DNA of 59,676 bases from contig CAWULX010000001.1 of the NCBI GenBank assembly GCA_963923775.1, forward strand, positions 1-59,676, given 5' to 3'. The DNA is from an uncultured bacterium (lineage in GTDB: Bacteria > Bacteroidota > Bacteroidia > Chitinophagales > Chitinophagaceae). The translations under genes were made by a program, and so were the position numbers. The notes below the pieces were generated by a model. That model was not told where the DNA came from, searched no databases, and was given only the letters and a program-made list of their open reading frames with translations. Shown one piece after another: positions 8,022-17,068 of this stretch (its first letter is position 1; each line of letters starts with the position of its first letter).

Positions 8022-9278
8022 TTAAAATACTTCTCCCAAATTCATGAAAATACCATGAGAACCACCTTGTCCAAAGGCATAATCAAGGGCAACATTGGTA
8101 TTTGAATGTTTATTTAGCTTAATCCTAATTCCTGCTCCAAAGCCTGTTTTAATTTGCTGAAATCCCTTTTGTAAAGGTTCGGAAACTGAATGCATATTGG
8201 CAAATACCACTGCACCTAAAAAACCATTCTCAGTGATTCCAAATCTATATTCAGATTCTGCAAAGAATAGTTTTTCACCTCTAAATCTTCCCTGTATAAA
8301 TCCTCTACCTGTGTTTAAGTTTCTATCAGATGCTGTGTAAGGAATATCTAAGTAAGGGGCTTTACCACTCAAGGTGAAAACATTATAGGTCCAAAATGTC
8401 AACATGTTTTTACTATGCATTGGAAAGGGGATATATTTTCTTGCATCCAATGTAATACTTTGTAATGCATAATCGCTACCCAAGAATTTTAAATTAGATC
8501 TATAGGATAAATTAAAATAGCCAGAATTAGTCAGTGGATTTACTATACTTGTTCTACTATCGTACAATAGATCTAGCGTTACACCAGTTGAGTTGGATGA
8601 TTTGGTTTGTCCATATTGGGCATAGCCATAAGCTGGTTTATTTTTTGTGGAACTGTCAGTGATATTCCAATGATAATCTATATTTAAGCCAGGTCCTACA
8701 TACCAATTGGGTGCAATTCTTTTTACAATGGATTGATGCAATTTTAAATAAGAGTAATCAATTTGATCAAAACGATCTAATTGATTATTAGTAGTACCTA
8801 AACCAAAATCTTTCTGAGGAAATTTTAGGTAAGACCAGTTGGTATTGATATTGTATTCGTTCTCTTTTAGCCAAATATTGCTTAAGAATTGGCTGATAAT
8901 TTGTTTATTCTGAGTGAATTTTAATTCTGTAGAATACGTGGAGTTCTTTGTATTCTTGTATTTGCTTGGCTTAATATAACTAGCGCTAAAAAGAGCAGCC
9001 AATTTAGTTGACAAACTATATTCTGCAGCAGGTATAAAAGAAAGATGAGGTTTAGAAAGATCATTTCCAATAGATCTGTCTTTATTGATTTTTAAAATTC
9101 TATAAACGCCATCTACAAAATCAACCATTGAGTCTTTGCCTGGTTGCTTGTAAAATGCTAATGTGAAAATATTTCTTTTATGTATTGCACTATCTTGTTG
9201 AATTTGGGCTTTAGTGCTAAATGAAAAGAATAAAATAATGATGCCAGCGAAAAGGAACTTTTTACAATTAGTATTCAA
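8022..9278 (-). CDS. Omp85/BamA-TamA family outer-membrane beta-barrel protein (no evident POTRA domains)
   Basis: Signal peptide, amphipathic beta strands, RGFIQGRFRG loop-6-like motif, C-terminal NLGEVF; TTG start abutting the usp stop. Confidence 0.75.
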   Translation of the reverse strand: MNTNCKKFLFAGIIILFFSFSTKAQIQQDSAIHKRNIFTLAFYKQPGKDSMVDFVDGVYRILKINKDRSIGNDLSKPHLSFIPAAEYSLSTKLAALFSASYIKPSKYKNTKNSTYSTELKFTQNKQIISQFLSNIWLKENEYNINTNWSYLKFPQKDFGLGTTNNQLDRFDQIDYSYLKLHQSIVKRIAPNWYVGPGLNIDYHWNITDSSTKNKPAYGYAQYGQTKSSNSTGVTLDLLYDSRTSIVNPLTNSGYFNLSYRSNLKFLGSDYALQSITLDARKYIPFPMHSKNMLTFWTYNVFTLSGKAPYLDIPYTASDRNLNTGRGFIQGRFRGEKLFFAESEYRFGITENGFLGAVVFANMHSVSEPLQKGFQQIKTGFGAGIRIKLNKHSNTNVALDYAFGQGGSHGIFMNLGEVF

Positions 9279-9725
9279 TTAATTAATTTTTTTTTGTGGA
9301 ACAATTAAAACAGGAATGGATGAATGTCTTACTACATATTCGGCAGTACTTCCTAACATCATATGAGAAAGACCAGTTCTACCATGTGTGCCCATTACGA
9401 TATAATCAGCTTTTGTCTCTTCTGCATAAGTGATGATATCATTTTTTGGATTACCAATAGCTGTGTGAATATGTATTTCTAATGAATTATTAGCTTCTTT
9501 GATTTTTGTCAGTTCTTTTTCGGCATGCTTTTTTTGAGCATCATAAATTTCTTCCCATTGTGAAGGCATTAAGGATATATCAGAATGTAAGTAGTCTACA
9601 TACATACTAATGATAGAAACCAAGCTAACTTTAGCTTGCAATTGTCCAGCAAAAGCAAAAGCTTCTTTTATAATTCTAGCATTTGCTTCGCTTAAATCCA
9701 CGGCGATGATAATATGCTTTTTCAT
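9279..9725 (-). CDS. Universal stress protein (UspA family)
   Basis: IIIAVDLS, IVMGTHGRTG, MLGSTAEYVVRHSSIPVLIV motifs. Confidence 0.94.
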   Translation of the reverse strand: MKKHIIIAVDLSEANARIIKEAFAFAGQLQAKVSLVSIISMYVDYLHSDISLMPSQWEEIYDAQKKHAEKELTKIKEANNSLEIHIHTAIGNPKNDIITYAEETKADYIVMGTHGRTGLSHMMLGSTAEYVVRHSSIPVLIVPQKKIN

Positions 9726-9770
9726 AATAGTAATTTTTATAAAGGTACTATTAATAATCTCAGAGTTGAA

Positions 9771-9782
9771 TGATATCTATCA
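9771..9782. promoter_or_regulatory. Putative CRP/FNR-type site TGATATCTATCA upstream of usp
   Basis: Palindrome TGATA-TC-TATCA centred about 41 nt upstream of the start inferred from -7-like TACCTTTA (minus, 9740-9747). Confidence 0.45.
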
Positions 9783-9797
9783 GCTTACAACTATATA

Positions 9798-10376
9798 TTA
9801 ACGTCTCAATGCACCTACGTTGCTTGAGAATATCTTAACAGCAATAGCAAGAAGTATTACACCAAAAAATTTACGCACTGCTAGTAAGCCTCCGGGCCCT
9901 AGCAGGCGTTCTATAAAATTCAAAGATTTTAGTACTATGTAAATAATCAAAAGATTGACTAATATGCCTGCTAAAATGTAAACTTCTTCAAAGTTAGCTT
10001 TCAAGGACATAATAGTTGTTAAAGTTCCACTACCTGCAATAATTGGGAAGGCAATAGGTACCACAGATCCAGTATGTCCATTTTTATCACCTTTAAAAAT
10101 CTCGTGACCCAGAACCATTTCAAGACCTAATAAGAAAATCACAATAGAGCCGCCTACAGCAAAAGATTTTACATCTAAGCCTAATATTTTCAGAAATGGT
10201 TTGCCTAAAAACATAAAAGCAATCATCAATCCACCAGAAATCAAGGTAACTTGAGTTGATTTAATTTTACCCACTTTTTCTTTCATAGAGATCAAAAGAG
10301 GAATAGATCCTACAATATCTATTACAGCAAACAAAGTGAATATAACCGTAAGAAGTTGGTCAAATTGAAATTGCAT
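9798..10376 (-). CDS. MarC family integral membrane protein
   Basis: LFAVIDIVG, SFAVGGSIVIF, VPIAFPIIAGSG, RKFFGVILLAIAV; about six TM segments. Confidence 0.9.
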   Translation of the reverse strand: MQFQFDQLLTVIFTLFAVIDIVGSIPLLISMKEKVGKIKSTQVTLISGGLMIAFMFLGKPFLKILGLDVKSFAVGGSIVIFLLGLEMVLGHEIFKGDKNGHTGSVVPIAFPIIAGSGTLTTIMSLKANFEEVYILAGILVNLLIIYIVLKSLNFIERLLGPGGLLAVRKFFGVILLAIAVKIFSSNVGALRR

Positions 10377-10410
10377 AAAAAAGCTTTGTATGAAGATACA
10401 AAGCTTTTTT
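10377..10410 (-). terminator. Intrinsic terminator-like hairpin after btuB
   Basis: Perfect 15-bp inverted repeat AAAAAAGCTTTGTAT-GAAG-ATACAAAGCTTTTTT with T-tracts on both strands. Confidence 0.65.
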
Positions 10411-10439
10411 TATTTACTAATCAGAAGGGATTTGTCAAA

Positions 10440-12365
10440 TTAACGCCAAATCAAGCCAATTTGAATGGTTCGGCCAATGGTATTGTATCCATTGATTTCT
10501 TGAAAATGGTCGTTTAATAAGTTTTGACCATCAGCATAAATCTGTAATCGTTTAGAATATTGATAGCTAAGATGAGCATTTAATAAGGTATAATAATCTA
10601 ATACTACATCATCTGTACCATATCCTCCAACGTCATACCTTTTACTTATATATCTAGCAGAAACTGTTCCTTCCCATTGCTTATTTAATTTTACTTGATA
10701 TTGTATATTAAATACATGCTTTGGTCTTTTTAATAAGTAATTATAAGTAATGGTATCAGTGTTAGTCACTCTATTTTGATTGGTTTCTTTACCATTTAAT
10801 AATGTGTAATTAAGACTGAATTGATTTTTTTCATTCATTTTATGTGTGAATTCAATTTCTACTCCATTTACGTTTTGTTGAATAAAGTTGAAGAAATTAT
10901 AATCGATATAATTATAATCAATTCCATTATTAATTTTTCTATTAAAAAATACTGCTCTAGCATAGATTGGTTTTGTATTATATTCAAGACCAACTTCGGT
11001 ATTGATAGATGTTTCTGCTTTTAATTGATCATTATAACTTATTTGGTATAATGAAGGAGCTTTGAATCCACTTGAAATACTTGCAATAGCTCTCCATTGA
11101 TCATTAATGGCGTATGATGGATTTATTGTGTAGGTTTGATTAGATCCATATCTTGAATGATTATTATAGCGAGTGCCTAATTCCAATAAGATTTTTTTAT
11201 TGTTATTATGTACTAACAAAGACCCGTATAAAGCATTTTGAAATTGAAAAGTATCTTTGAATTTTTCATTATATGGACCCCATCCACTTATGCTTTCATA
11301 AGTTTGGTTATATGATCCATATCTAAAATCTGTACCAATAATCCACTGAACATTCTTTGTTAGTTGATTAGTATAAAACATGTCAGCGAAATGAGTACTT
11401 CCTTTGTATTTATTGTTTTCGTATATTAAATATGTCTTATCTGCACTATCATTCAAATAACTTCTATCCTGTGTGGTGTATTGGTATTGAAATTGAAAAG
11501 TTTGTTGCTCTTTTTTGTATTTAAGTATCACACCAGTCATTCCTGTTGCGTTTTTGAAATGTTCGTCTTTGTCATCTTTAAAAGCACCATAATCAATTGC
11601 TGCATTATAAGCAGTTTTTCTTGTGGTTAATTGAAAGTCCAAAAACTTAGCTAGATCATAATTTATTTTCGCAAACCAACTATTGTTATTATAGCCATCT
11701 TTGTCAAAACTATTGGAATGCAATTTATCATATGCTGCAGAAAATCCATCTGAGTTTTGGTTTCCCCATCCCATCAAATAATGTAGTTTAGTGGTATGGC
11801 CATTTATTTGAAAATTACTCTTCTTGGTATTATAGGTACCAAAATTTATTCCACCTGTTAGCCAAGAACTTGTTTTCTTTTTTGTTATAATATTAATAAC
11901 CCCTCCAATAGCATCCGATCCATACATAGTAGATTGGGACCCTTTTAATATTTCGATCCTCTCAATTTGTTCAATTGGAATGAGATTGAGATCAAATTCG
12001 TTACTAATCATGGATGGGTCTCCCACTGGGGCGCCATCAATTAAAATTAATGTTCTACCACTTGATGCGCCTCGCATATAAATACTAGGTACTGTACCTG
12101 CGTTGCTTAAAGATCCAGGAAGGCTTAATCCGGCTTGTTCATTGAGTACTTGTGCGATAGAACGGCCCGCTTGAACATTTAATTGTTGTGCAGAAATAAT
12201 TGTGACAACTTTTCCTGTTGTGTTTTGTTTCTGCTCAATTTTATTTGCAGTTACAATTACTTCATTTAAAGTGTTACTTGATGAATCACTGTTTTTGCTT
12301 TGTGATAAAGCAAGATGGGTTGTGGTAATAAATACCACTAAGAGCTTGATAGTTTTTTGGCTCAT
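10440..12365 (-). CDS. btuB: TonB-dependent cobalamin receptor (BtuB-like)
   Basis: LNEVIVTANK, plug motifs (MRGA, ILIDG, IERIEILKGSQSTMYGSDAIGGVINIITK), C-terminal barrel; downstream of a cobalamin riboswitch. Start taken as the ATG at 12365. Confidence 0.85.
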   Translation of the reverse strand: MSQKTIKLLVVFITTTHLALSQSKNSDSSSNTLNEVIVTANKIEQKQNTTGKVVTIISAQQLNVQAGRSIAQVLNEQAGLSLPGSLSNAGTVPSIYMRGASSGRTLILIDGAPVGDPSMISNEFDLNLIPIEQIERIEILKGSQSTMYGSDAIGGVINIITKKKTSSWLTGGINFGTYNTKKSNFQINGHTTKLHYLMGWGNQNSDGFSAAYDKLHSNSFDKDGYNNNSWFAKINYDLAKFLDFQLTTRKTAYNAAIDYGAFKDDKDEHFKNATGMTGVILKYKKEQQTFQFQYQYTTQDRSYLNDSADKTYLIYENNKYKGSTHFADMFYTNQLTKNVQWIIGTDFRYGSYNQTYESISGWGPYNEKFKDTFQFQNALYGSLLVHNNNKKILLELGTRYNNHSRYGSNQTYTINPSYAINDQWRAIASISSGFKAPSLYQISYNDQLKAETSINTEVGLEYNTKPIYARAVFFNRKINNGIDYNYIDYNFFNFIQQNVNGVEIEFTHKMNEKNQFSLNYTLLNGKETNQNRVTNTDTITYNYLLKRPKHVFNIQYQVKLNKQWEGTVSARYISKRYDVGGYGTDDVVLDYYTLLNAHLSYQYSKRLQIYADGQNLLNDHFQEINGYNTIGRTIQIGLIWR

Positions 12366-12461
12366 TGTTGTTTTTTTTGAATGAAACAATGAGCTTCCTG
12401 ATAGAAGAGAATTCTTTTACAAATCCTTGCTTTTTACCCGAAAGCTGTTGGTTATTTTTAA

Positions 12462-12613
12462 CTAGGCAGGTCTTCTGGCTCGTTCTTAACATTGCATCCT
12501 TCCCAAATTGCTTCAGTGGATTTTGCAATGACTGCCTTGGCGTTGAACTTACAGCTACGGGAATAGCTCCCGGATTTAACGGGATTCCCTTTTAATCATT
12601 TAATGAACCTAAT
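12462..12613 (-). ncRNA. Cobalamin riboswitch
   Basis: Minus strand reads AGGTTC..TTAAAAGGGAATCCCGTTAAATCCGGGAGCTATTCCCGTAGCTGTAAG..CCACTG..TTTGGGAAGG..GAGCCAGAAGACCTGCC (B12 box). Promoter TAAGTTTG lies just upstream; the downstream gene is a TonB receptor. Confidence 0.95.
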
Positions 12614-12699
12614 CAAGAACAAACTTATAAGATAAATTTCTACTGCCTATTTATATTTATTAACCCCTTGTTGAAAACTAGAATTGTTTTAATATATTT

Positions 12700-14046
12700 A
12701 TGCTTAACAAAAACAGGATGAAAGAAAAACAAGGCATTAATTTTTTTAGCTTAACCATGATAGTGGTAAGTTTGGTGATTGGGATGGGAATTTTTAAAAC
12801 ACCAGCCACCATCGCTGCTAAATCTGGAACACCCTTAATATTTTTTAGTGCTTGGACCCTTGGTGGGATTATTGCATTGTTTGGAGCTTTAACTTATGCC
12901 GAGATTGGCCAACGTTTACCAGTGATGGGAGGTTACTATAAAGTGTTTGCACATTGCTATCATCCAGCTGTTGGTTTTACAATTAATGTTTTAATCTTAA
13001 TTAGTAATGCCGCTTCTTTAGCTGTAGTTGCTTTGATTGGCTCAGATTATGTAAGTGATTTATTATTTGGAAGGCCCTCAAGTACTTTATTTAATATTGG
13101 AATTGCTACTTCTTCTGTAGGTCTATTTTATTTTGTGAATTTGTTGGGTTTAAAAACCAGTAGCAGAACACAAAATGTGTTGATGATTGTAAAAATTAGT
13201 TTAATTGTTTTATTGATTTCTTCTCTATTTAAAGGTGTTAGTGTCCCACCGCATGGTTATAATGAAGGAAAGCTATATGTATATGATGGAACTAATGGTG
13301 CTTTATTATTATTGGTTAGCTTGGTGTCAGTTTTTTTTACATATGGAGGTTATCAACAAACCATCAATTTTGGTTCTGAAATTTCCAATCCAAGAACTAT
13401 GCAAAAAGGAATTGTCTTCGGAATTTTAATTGTGTTGTTCTTATACCTTGCAATTAACTATACTTATGTTAAAGTAATTGGATTTGATTCTATGAAAAAC
13501 GCCAATGCAATTGGTTCATTATTATTTGAAGCTTGGTTTGGAAAATTTGGTGCCAAGGTTTTTGACTTTGCTATGGTATTAAGTGTACTTGCCTATGTGA
13601 ATGTGATTTTAATGAGTAATCCAAGAGTCATGTTTGCTATGAGTGAAGACGGTGTATTACCTAAATTATTTCAAATCACTCATCCAAAAACTGGAGCCTT
13701 AGTGCCAGGTTTAACCATTTTTGCCATCACTACTGCTTTAATTACTTTTTTTGGAAAAGGAGTAGATGACGTTTTAAGCTTTAGTATTTTCCTAGATTGT
13801 ATGGGGATGAGTACGTCTGCAGCTACTTTGCTTTTATTAAGAAAAAAGAAACAAGGAGACGAGTCTGTCACAGGATTGCTTAAGAAATGGACGCCTATTT
13901 TATGCGTCATCTTTGTATTATCGTATTTTATGGTGGCAATAGCCGTAGTGATAGATAAACCATACTCTGCTTTAACTGCCATTTTACTATTAACCCTGGT
14001 TTTGGGGATATATCGAGTTTTTTATCATCAAAAAAAGGCCATTTAA
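12700..14046 (+). CDS. APC-family amino acid permease
   Basis: IGMGIFKTP, GALTYAEIG..P..GGYY, FFTYGGY, PRVMFAMSEDGVLP; about 12 TM segments. Start may be 12718. Confidence 0.9.
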   Translation: MLNKNRMKEKQGINFFSLTMIVVSLVIGMGIFKTPATIAAKSGTPLIFFSAWTLGGIIALFGALTYAEIGQRLPVMGGYYKVFAHCYHPAVGFTINVLILISNAASLAVVALIGSDYVSDLLFGRPSSTLFNIGIATSSVGLFYFVNLLGLKTSSRTQNVLMIVKISLIVLLISSLFKGVSVPPHGYNEGKLYVYDGTNGALLLLVSLVSVFFTYGGYQQTINFGSEISNPRTMQKGIVFGILIVLFLYLAINYTYVKVIGFDSMKNANAIGSLLFEAWFGKFGAKVFDFAMVLSVLAYVNVILMSNPRVMFAMSEDGVLPKLFQITHPKTGALVPGLTIFAITTALITFFGKGVDDVLSFSIFLDCMGMSTSAATLLLLRKKKQGDESVTGLLKKWTPILCVIFVLSYFMVAIAVVIDKPYSALTAILLLTLVLGIYRVFYHQKKAI

Positions 14047-14143
14047 CCCTTTTTTGACTCCACTTGTCTAATAATTATAAAGCAAAGAAGTATTAGGTTA
14101 CTTTTGTATAAGAAAGGGCGGATTTCTGCTCTTAAATATACAT

Positions 14144-15616
14144 ATGATTAAAATGAGATATATACTTTCTTCTTTATTGATGATTAGCTTTTCATTAGGG
14201 GTTAATGCTCAAGAACCTGAAAAATGGGATTTAAAAACCTGTGTTGAATATGCAATACAACACAATATTTCTGTACAACAAGCAGATGTTCAATCAAGAT
14301 TGTCCAAATTGCAGGCTGACTTAGCTAAAAATAACCAATTACCAACAATGAGTGGTAGTTCAGGAATGGGATTGAGATTAGGACGATCAATAGACCCAAC
14401 TACTAACGGATTTACTAACACACAGTTTTTGTACAATAATTTTGGGTTAAATGGAGGGGTGCAATTATTTAATGCCGGCAAGCTTAGAAATAATGTTGAA
14501 GCAACTAATTATTCTTGGCAAGCAAGTTTAGCAGACATGCAAAATGCTTCCAATGATATTGCACTAAATGTTGCTACTTATTATTTGCAAATTCTTTCTG
14601 CTATTGAACAAACAGAAATTGCTAAAATACAAATTTCTCAAACCAAGGAGCAATTACTAGCTACAAAAAAGAGAGTGGATGTTGGCCTGTTACCTGAAAT
14701 TAATTTATTAGAGCTTGAGACACAGTTAGCCAATGATAGTAGTAGTTATATTACTGCCATTTCTAATGTTGAACAAAGTAAACTAAGTATGAAAGCACTA
14801 TTAAATTTAGATGCTGCTAAATCTTTTGATGTTGTCGTTCAGCCAGTAGAGCAAATTAAATTACAAAACTTCGTTGATTTACAACCAGAATATATTTTTA
14901 GTATCGCCTCTCAAAATTTGCCTAATGTAAAAGCTGCTAATTATAGAGTAAAAGCTGCTGAGAAGAATGTTCAATCTGCTAAAGCTAATTTTTATCCTAC
15001 TTTAAGTTTTGGATATTCATTAAGTTCAAATTTCTCTAATCAGTTCAAATATATAAGTGGGTATGAGTTTAGTGGATATAGTACTCCTACTGCAATGTCT
15101 CCTTATGTGAATATCAATAATAGTAAGTATTATGTTCAAAGTCCAGTTTTCACTACAACTAGTGGAACTAGAAATTGGAGTAATATTTGGAATGGCTGGG
15201 GTAATCAAGTAAATAACAATTTTGGTCAGAGTATAGGATTACAGTTGAATATACCTATTTTCAACGCTGGACAATCTAAAATTGCTTACCAACAAGCAAA
15301 GTTGAATTTCAGAACAGCCTCTTTACAAGAAGAGAATACACAAAGAAAATTAAAACAAGATATCTTCTCCGCCTTTACCAATGCGGTGGTAGCTTTGAAT
15401 AAATTAAATGCAACTCAAAAAGCAATGAACTCTGCAGAGAAAGCATATTCTTTTGCTACTAAAAGATATGAATTAGGTTTATTAGGTACTATTGAATTAT
15501 TAAACAATCAAAATAATTATTTAAAAGCAAAAGTGAATTTTAAAGCAGCTCAATACGAGTATGTATTTAGAATTAAATTATTAGAGTTTTACAAAGGAGA
15601 AAATTTGACCTTATAA
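14144..15616 (+). CDS. TolC-family outer-membrane efflux protein
   Basis: Signal peptide, WDLKTCVEYAIQHN, two OEP repeats (ANFYPTLSF, LNIPIFN, KRYELG). Confidence 0.9.
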   Translation: MIKMRYILSSLLMISFSLGVNAQEPEKWDLKTCVEYAIQHNISVQQADVQSRLSKLQADLAKNNQLPTMSGSSGMGLRLGRSIDPTTNGFTNTQFLYNNFGLNGGVQLFNAGKLRNNVEATNYSWQASLADMQNASNDIALNVATYYLQILSAIEQTEIAKIQISQTKEQLLATKKRVDVGLLPEINLLELETQLANDSSSYITAISNVEQSKLSMKALLNLDAAKSFDVVVQPVEQIKLQNFVDLQPEYIFSIASQNLPNVKAANYRVKAAEKNVQSAKANFYPTLSFGYSLSSNFSNQFKYISGYEFSGYSTPTAMSPYVNINNSKYYVQSPVFTTTSGTRNWSNIWNGWGNQVNNNFGQSIGLQLNIPIFNAGQSKIAYQQAKLNFRTASLQEENTQRKLKQDIFSAFTNAVVALNKLNATQKAMNSAEKAYSFATKRYELGLLGTIELLNNQNNYLKAKVNFKAAQYEYVFRIKLLEFYKGENLTL

Positions 15617-15646
15617 TACTATTAGAAAAATTGAAAATAAAAGACA

Positions 15647-16996
15647 ATGAATAAAAAGCTCATTTGGATTTCGGTAAGTGTAATTGCAGTGATTGCCCTA
15701 TTAATTGGCTTAAAAAAAGCAGGCGTAATTGGCAAAGAAGAAGGTACTGAAGTAACTACCGAAAAAGTACAATTAAGAACCATTACAGAATCTGTTAATG
15801 CTAGTGGTAAAGTATACCCTGAAATTGAAGTAAAAGTAAGTCCAGATATCTCAGGAGAGATTGTGAATTTATTTGTAGAAGAAGGTGATAGTGTAAAAAA
15901 AGGTCAATTATTGGCTAAAATATATGCAGACATTTATTCTTCTCAAAGAGACCAAGTAACTGCAAGTGTTAATCAGGTAAAAGCGCAATATGAAAATGTT
16001 AAGGCAAATTTAAGCGGATTGAAAACCATTTATGAAAATGCCAAAGCGACTAATGAACGTTATAAAAAGTTATTTGCTGATAAAATTGTATCAAGATCTG
16101 AATACGAACAAACAGAACAAGCTTTTAGATCTGCAGAGTCAAATTATAATGGCGCTAAAGAGTCTATTAAAAGTGGTGAAGCACAAATTCAAGGTGTAAG
16201 AGCACAATTGGCTAGAGCAGAAAAAGATTTAGCACGTACTTCTATTCTTGCGCCAATGGATGGCATTGTAAGTTCAATGAGTGTAAAGAAAGGAGAAAGA
16301 GTAGTGGGTACTGCACAAATGGCGGGTACAGAAATGATGCGTGTAGCCGATATGAAAAGCATTGAAGTAAGAGTGGATGTTGGAGAAAATGATATTACCA
16401 AAGTGAAAATTGGTGATACTGCATTAGTAGAAGTGGATGCATATAACAATAGAAAGTTTAAAGGTATAGTATATAAAATAGCTAATCCTGTTTCTGCGGC
16501 TAGTTCTGCCTTAGCTTCAACTACAGAAGTGGCTAACTATAAAGTACATATTCGTTTATTGACAGATAGTTATCAAGACTTGATTAAAGAAAATGAAAAA
16601 TTTCCATTTAGACCAGGAATGACTGCAAGTGCTGACATTCAAACCAAATCTAAAACCAATGTTATTTCATTACCATTAAATGCAGTCACTACAAGAGATA
16701 AAGAAGGACAAGGTAAAGAAACCAAAGTATCAAGTTCTGCTAATTCAAGCAATGAAGAACCTGCTAAAGCTGATGAAGAATTATCTGAGGTTGTATTTGT
16801 TTTACAAAAAGACAATAAAGTTAAAATGGTAAAAGTAAAAACAGATATTCAAGACTTAAACTATATACAAGTGGAAGGAGTTAAGGTTGGGGATGTGGTA
16901 GTAACTGGTCCATATAGTTTAGTTAGCAAATCTTTAAAAGACGGCGCGTTAGTAAAGCCAGTTACCAAAGAAAAATTATTTGAAGAAAAGAAATAG
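15647..16996 (+). CDS. Efflux periplasmic adaptor subunit (MacA/HlyD-like)
   Basis: N-terminal TM, ASGKVYP..VSPDISGEI, GDSVKKGQLL lipoyl motif, coiled coil, ILAPMDG, FRPGMTA. Confidence 0.9.
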   Translation: MNKKLIWISVSVIAVIALLIGLKKAGVIGKEEGTEVTTEKVQLRTITESVNASGKVYPEIEVKVSPDISGEIVNLFVEEGDSVKKGQLLAKIYADIYSSQRDQVTASVNQVKAQYENVKANLSGLKTIYENAKATNERYKKLFADKIVSRSEYEQTEQAFRSAESNYNGAKESIKSGEAQIQGVRAQLARAEKDLARTSILAPMDGIVSSMSVKKGERVVGTAQMAGTEMMRVADMKSIEVRVDVGENDITKVKIGDTALVEVDAYNNRKFKGIVYKIANPVSAASSALASTTEVANYKVHIRLLTDSYQDLIKENEKFPFRPGMTASADIQTKSKTNVISLPLNAVTTRDKEGQGKETKVSSSANSSNEEPAKADEELSEVVFVLQKDNKVKMVKVKTDIQDLNYIQVEGVKVGDVVVTGPYSLVSKSLKDGALVKPVTKEKLFEEKK

Positions 16997-17011
16997 GCTG
17001 TTAACAGCTAT

Positions 17012-17045
17012 AAAAAGGGTACTCAAAAAAGGGTACCCTTTTTTT
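17012..17045 (+). terminator. Intrinsic terminator
   Basis: AAAAAGGGTACTC-AAAAAA-GGGTACCCTTTTTTT after the adaptor gene. Confidence 0.85.
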
Positions 17046-17068
17046 ATGTCTTTTCGTACCTTTGAACC

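Noticed and set aside
7565-10376. Genomic island integrated at tRNA-Arg
   Set aside because: No integrase and no duplicated tRNA 3' end seen; only the hairpin element was kept as a finding.
12286-12595. ORFs 12286-12528 (-) and 12365-12595 (+)
   Set aside because: They overlap the cobalamin riboswitch and btuB leader, which explain the sequence.
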